Source: Leucoraja erinacea
Taxonomy: Eukaryota
Direction of reading: 5' to 3'
Assembly: GCF_028641065.1 (NCBI RefSeq)
Contig: NC_073408.1
Location: 5,146,001 to 5,210,000, forward strand
Length of the DNA: 64,000 nt
Positions within the stretch are counted from its first letter, which is position 1; each line of letters opens with the position of its first letter. Positions 61,528 to 64,000 of the stretch are shown piece after piece. The position numbers were made by a program, and so were the translations under genes. Under the pieces are notes generated by a model, which had not been told where the DNA came from, did not search any database, and was given only the letters and a program-made list of their open reading frames with translations.

Positions 61528-63296
61528 ACATGGGGAGAACGTACAAACTCCGTGCAGGGGTCAGGATGGAACCCAAGCCTCTGGTGTTATAAAGCAGCAA
61601 CTCTACTGCTGTGCCCGCCACCCCCCCCCCCCCCCCCCCCCTGTCTGTAAGATAATGCCTTGTCATCTGCATGGTAGAGAACTTTGGCTCTGGGGAGGAG
61701 TTCTCTCCTGCATGAGTCAGTGGACAATGTTGGAACCTTGACTTCCAATTGTAGCACAGGGCGTGACCTAACTAGTTAGTGCTTTCTAAAGTTGCAACAT
61801 AATGTGTCATCTCATCTGTGACCCGACCTATGAAGGCAAGCAAAACAAAGTGCTGGAGTAACTCAGTAGGTCAGGCAGCAACTCTGGAGAACATGGATAG
61901 GTGACGTTTTGGGTCGGGACCCTTCTTCAGACTGATGATCCATATGCCTTCTGTGCACTCTGTTGGCTTGTGTTATGATTTCAGGGAACTGTCAACTTGG
62001 GCCCTTTGGCCTCTGGTTCCATTAACATTCCTTAAACCACTAGATGGACACAAAATGCTGGAGTAACTCAACGGTTCAGGCAGCGTCTCTGGAGAAAAAT
62101 AATAGGTGGTGGTGGGTGTATGGAACAAGCTGCCAGAGGAGGTAGTTGTGGCTGGGACTATCCCATCGTTTAAGAAAAGGTTAGACAGGTACATGAACAG
62201 GACAGGTTTGGAGGGATATGGACCAAGCGCAGGCAAGTGGGACTAGTGTTGCTAGGACATTGTTGGCTGGTGTGGGTGAGTTGGGCCGAAGGGCCTGTTT
62301 CCACACTGTGCCACTCTATGTGACGGTTTGGGTCGGGACCCTTCTTCACACCTAGAAGGCTCTGACCTTCAGATGGGTTCCAACCTGAAACATCACCTAT
62401 TCCTTCTCTCCAGAGATGCTGCCTGACCTGCTGAGTTCCTCCAGCACTTCTTTTCTTTTTTTGGTATAAACCAGCATCTGCGAACAAGTTCCTCCCTACA
62501 TTTTTTCTTCTCCTCAAAGCCCTTCCATTCACTTCACATGCCATGTCCCTATGTGACTTTTCAAGGCATCCCTAAACATGAGTAATATCCCTATTGACTC
62601 TTGAGACTCATGGCCATTCTAAGTAGAGATGGTGCATTGATGAATGGTATGGAGAACCTGTCTAATGGCCAATGATGGAGAGAGGATAGACACAAAATGC
62701 TGGAGCAACTCAATGCAGACGGCATCTCTGGAGAAAAGGACTAGGTGACGTTTCGAGTCAAGACTCTTCTTCAGACGAGGAGAAGCCCATTCTAAATAGT
62801 GGAGGAAGTGCAAGACCTCCCAAACTTCAAATACCTGTTGCCCCACCTGTCCCAGAGTCTGAGGGTCACTCATTAGCCCGGCCAGAATCCATGGCAGTGA
62901 AGTGGAAGCAAGATATCCTCAATTAATTGAACTTGGCATGGTGTTGGTCACGGACTTTGTGGGCAGGCAGGCCCTGTAACTGTGCTGCTCAGTCCTATGT
63001 TCTATGTTAATTTTGAGTGAGTACTTGCAATCTCAATGGAAACATTGGCCTGTTTCTCTGAAATACAAAAGGTATTATAGTGGAGAAAGCAAAGGTATTT
63101 AGAGTATTTGCACAGTGTACGAATTTGGAAGGCATTCAATAATTCTCCTTAGTCCAATGAATATAAGATGGCAATAAACCTTATCAGCTTCAGAATTGTG
63201 CAGTTTCTGAATGTTCCAATAGATGTAAAAGATCCCGTGCTCCATTTGAGCGACTGCAGCCACCCTTTCATCCCAAACCAACATCAACAACAATAT

Positions 63297-63918
63297 ATGA
63301 GCGTTTGATGGCCACTGGACCTGTACTCGCTAGAGTTTAGAAGGATAAGGGAGGGGGGGGGGTGGGAGAGGACCTCATTGAAACTTACAGAATAGTGAAA
63401 GGCCTGGACAGTGAGTGTGGGGAGGATGTTTCCACTAGTCAAGTCAAGTCAAGTCAAGTCAAGTCAAGTCAAGTTTATTTGTCACATACACATACGAGAT
63501 GTGCAGTGAAATGAAAGTGGCAATGCTCGCGGACTTTTGTGCAAAAGACAAACAACAAAACAACCAAACAAATTATAAACACAATCATAACACACATATT
63601 CTTTTACATAATAACTAGTGGGAGAGTCCAAGACCAGAAATCCAGAGCCTCAGAATAAAAGGACGTAACCTTTAGAAAGGTGAGCAGGAATTTCTTCAGT
63701 CAGAAGGGGGGTGATCTGTGGAATTCTTTGCCACAGATGGCTGTGGAGGCCAAGTCAGTGGATGTTTTTTAAGGCCGAGATCGACAGATTATTGATTAGT
63801 GCGGGTGTCGGGGGTTATGGGGAGAAGGCAGGAGAATGGGGTTGAGAGGGAGAGATAGATCAGCCATGATTGAATGGTGGAGTAGACTGGCCTAATTCTG
63901 CTCCTATGACTTATGAAC
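63297..63918 (+). mobile_element. CR1-like LINE 3' end interrupted by a (GTCAA)n-tailed insertion (63440-63613)
   Basis: ACTAGT is duplicated at 63434-63439 and 63614-63619. Confidence 0.75.
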
Positions 63919-64000
63919 TTGTCCAACCTTTTACCAGTTGGTGTTAAGGAGTGGCTGGTTTTCACTCATTAGGTTTCTTTGTGCGGAGATTGGCAGCCAC

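Noticed and set aside
45131-64000. Additional Ly6 paralogues, THYN1 or ACAD8 exons
   Set aside because: No CCxxxxCN, LxCxxC or THYN1/ACAD8-like peptides were recognised; short exons could have been missed by eye.

Overview
Repeat-rich vertebrate DNA. The repeat profile (V-SINE/HE1-like SINEs, CR1/HER1-like LINEs, Penelope-like elements) suggests a cartilaginous fish, probably a skate or ray; this is inference. Genes were rebuilt from GT-AG splice sites and exon phases. They are: the first three coding exons of NCAPD3 (minus strand); a complete 6-exon VPS26B (plus, 333 aa) head-to-head with it across a CpG-island bidirectional promoter; a degenerate intron-containing tRNA-Leu(CAA); a complete ANAPC13 (74 aa); and a complete 3-coding-exon Ly6/uPAR (three-finger) gene (132 aa, signal peptide, predicted GPI tail). 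The last ~19 kb is mostly nested repeats. The most notable non-genic signals are: (1) a very abundant Penelope-derived short repeat carrying a minimal hammerhead-ribozyme core, often as self-complementary inverted pairs with TSDs; (2) a ~200-bp inverted repeat linking VPS26B intron 3 to its probable 3' UTR; (3) a near-perfect 102-nt hairpin just before the last VPS26B exon; (4) an NRF1-like/G4 minisatellite inside the bidirectional promoter; (5) a ~390-bp direct duplication bracketing exon 5; (6) a 38-bp micro-MITE near the putative ANAPC13 promoter. No CRISPR, rRNA or prokaryotic features were found. Identifications rest on remembered homologues and on alignments by eye, not database searches.
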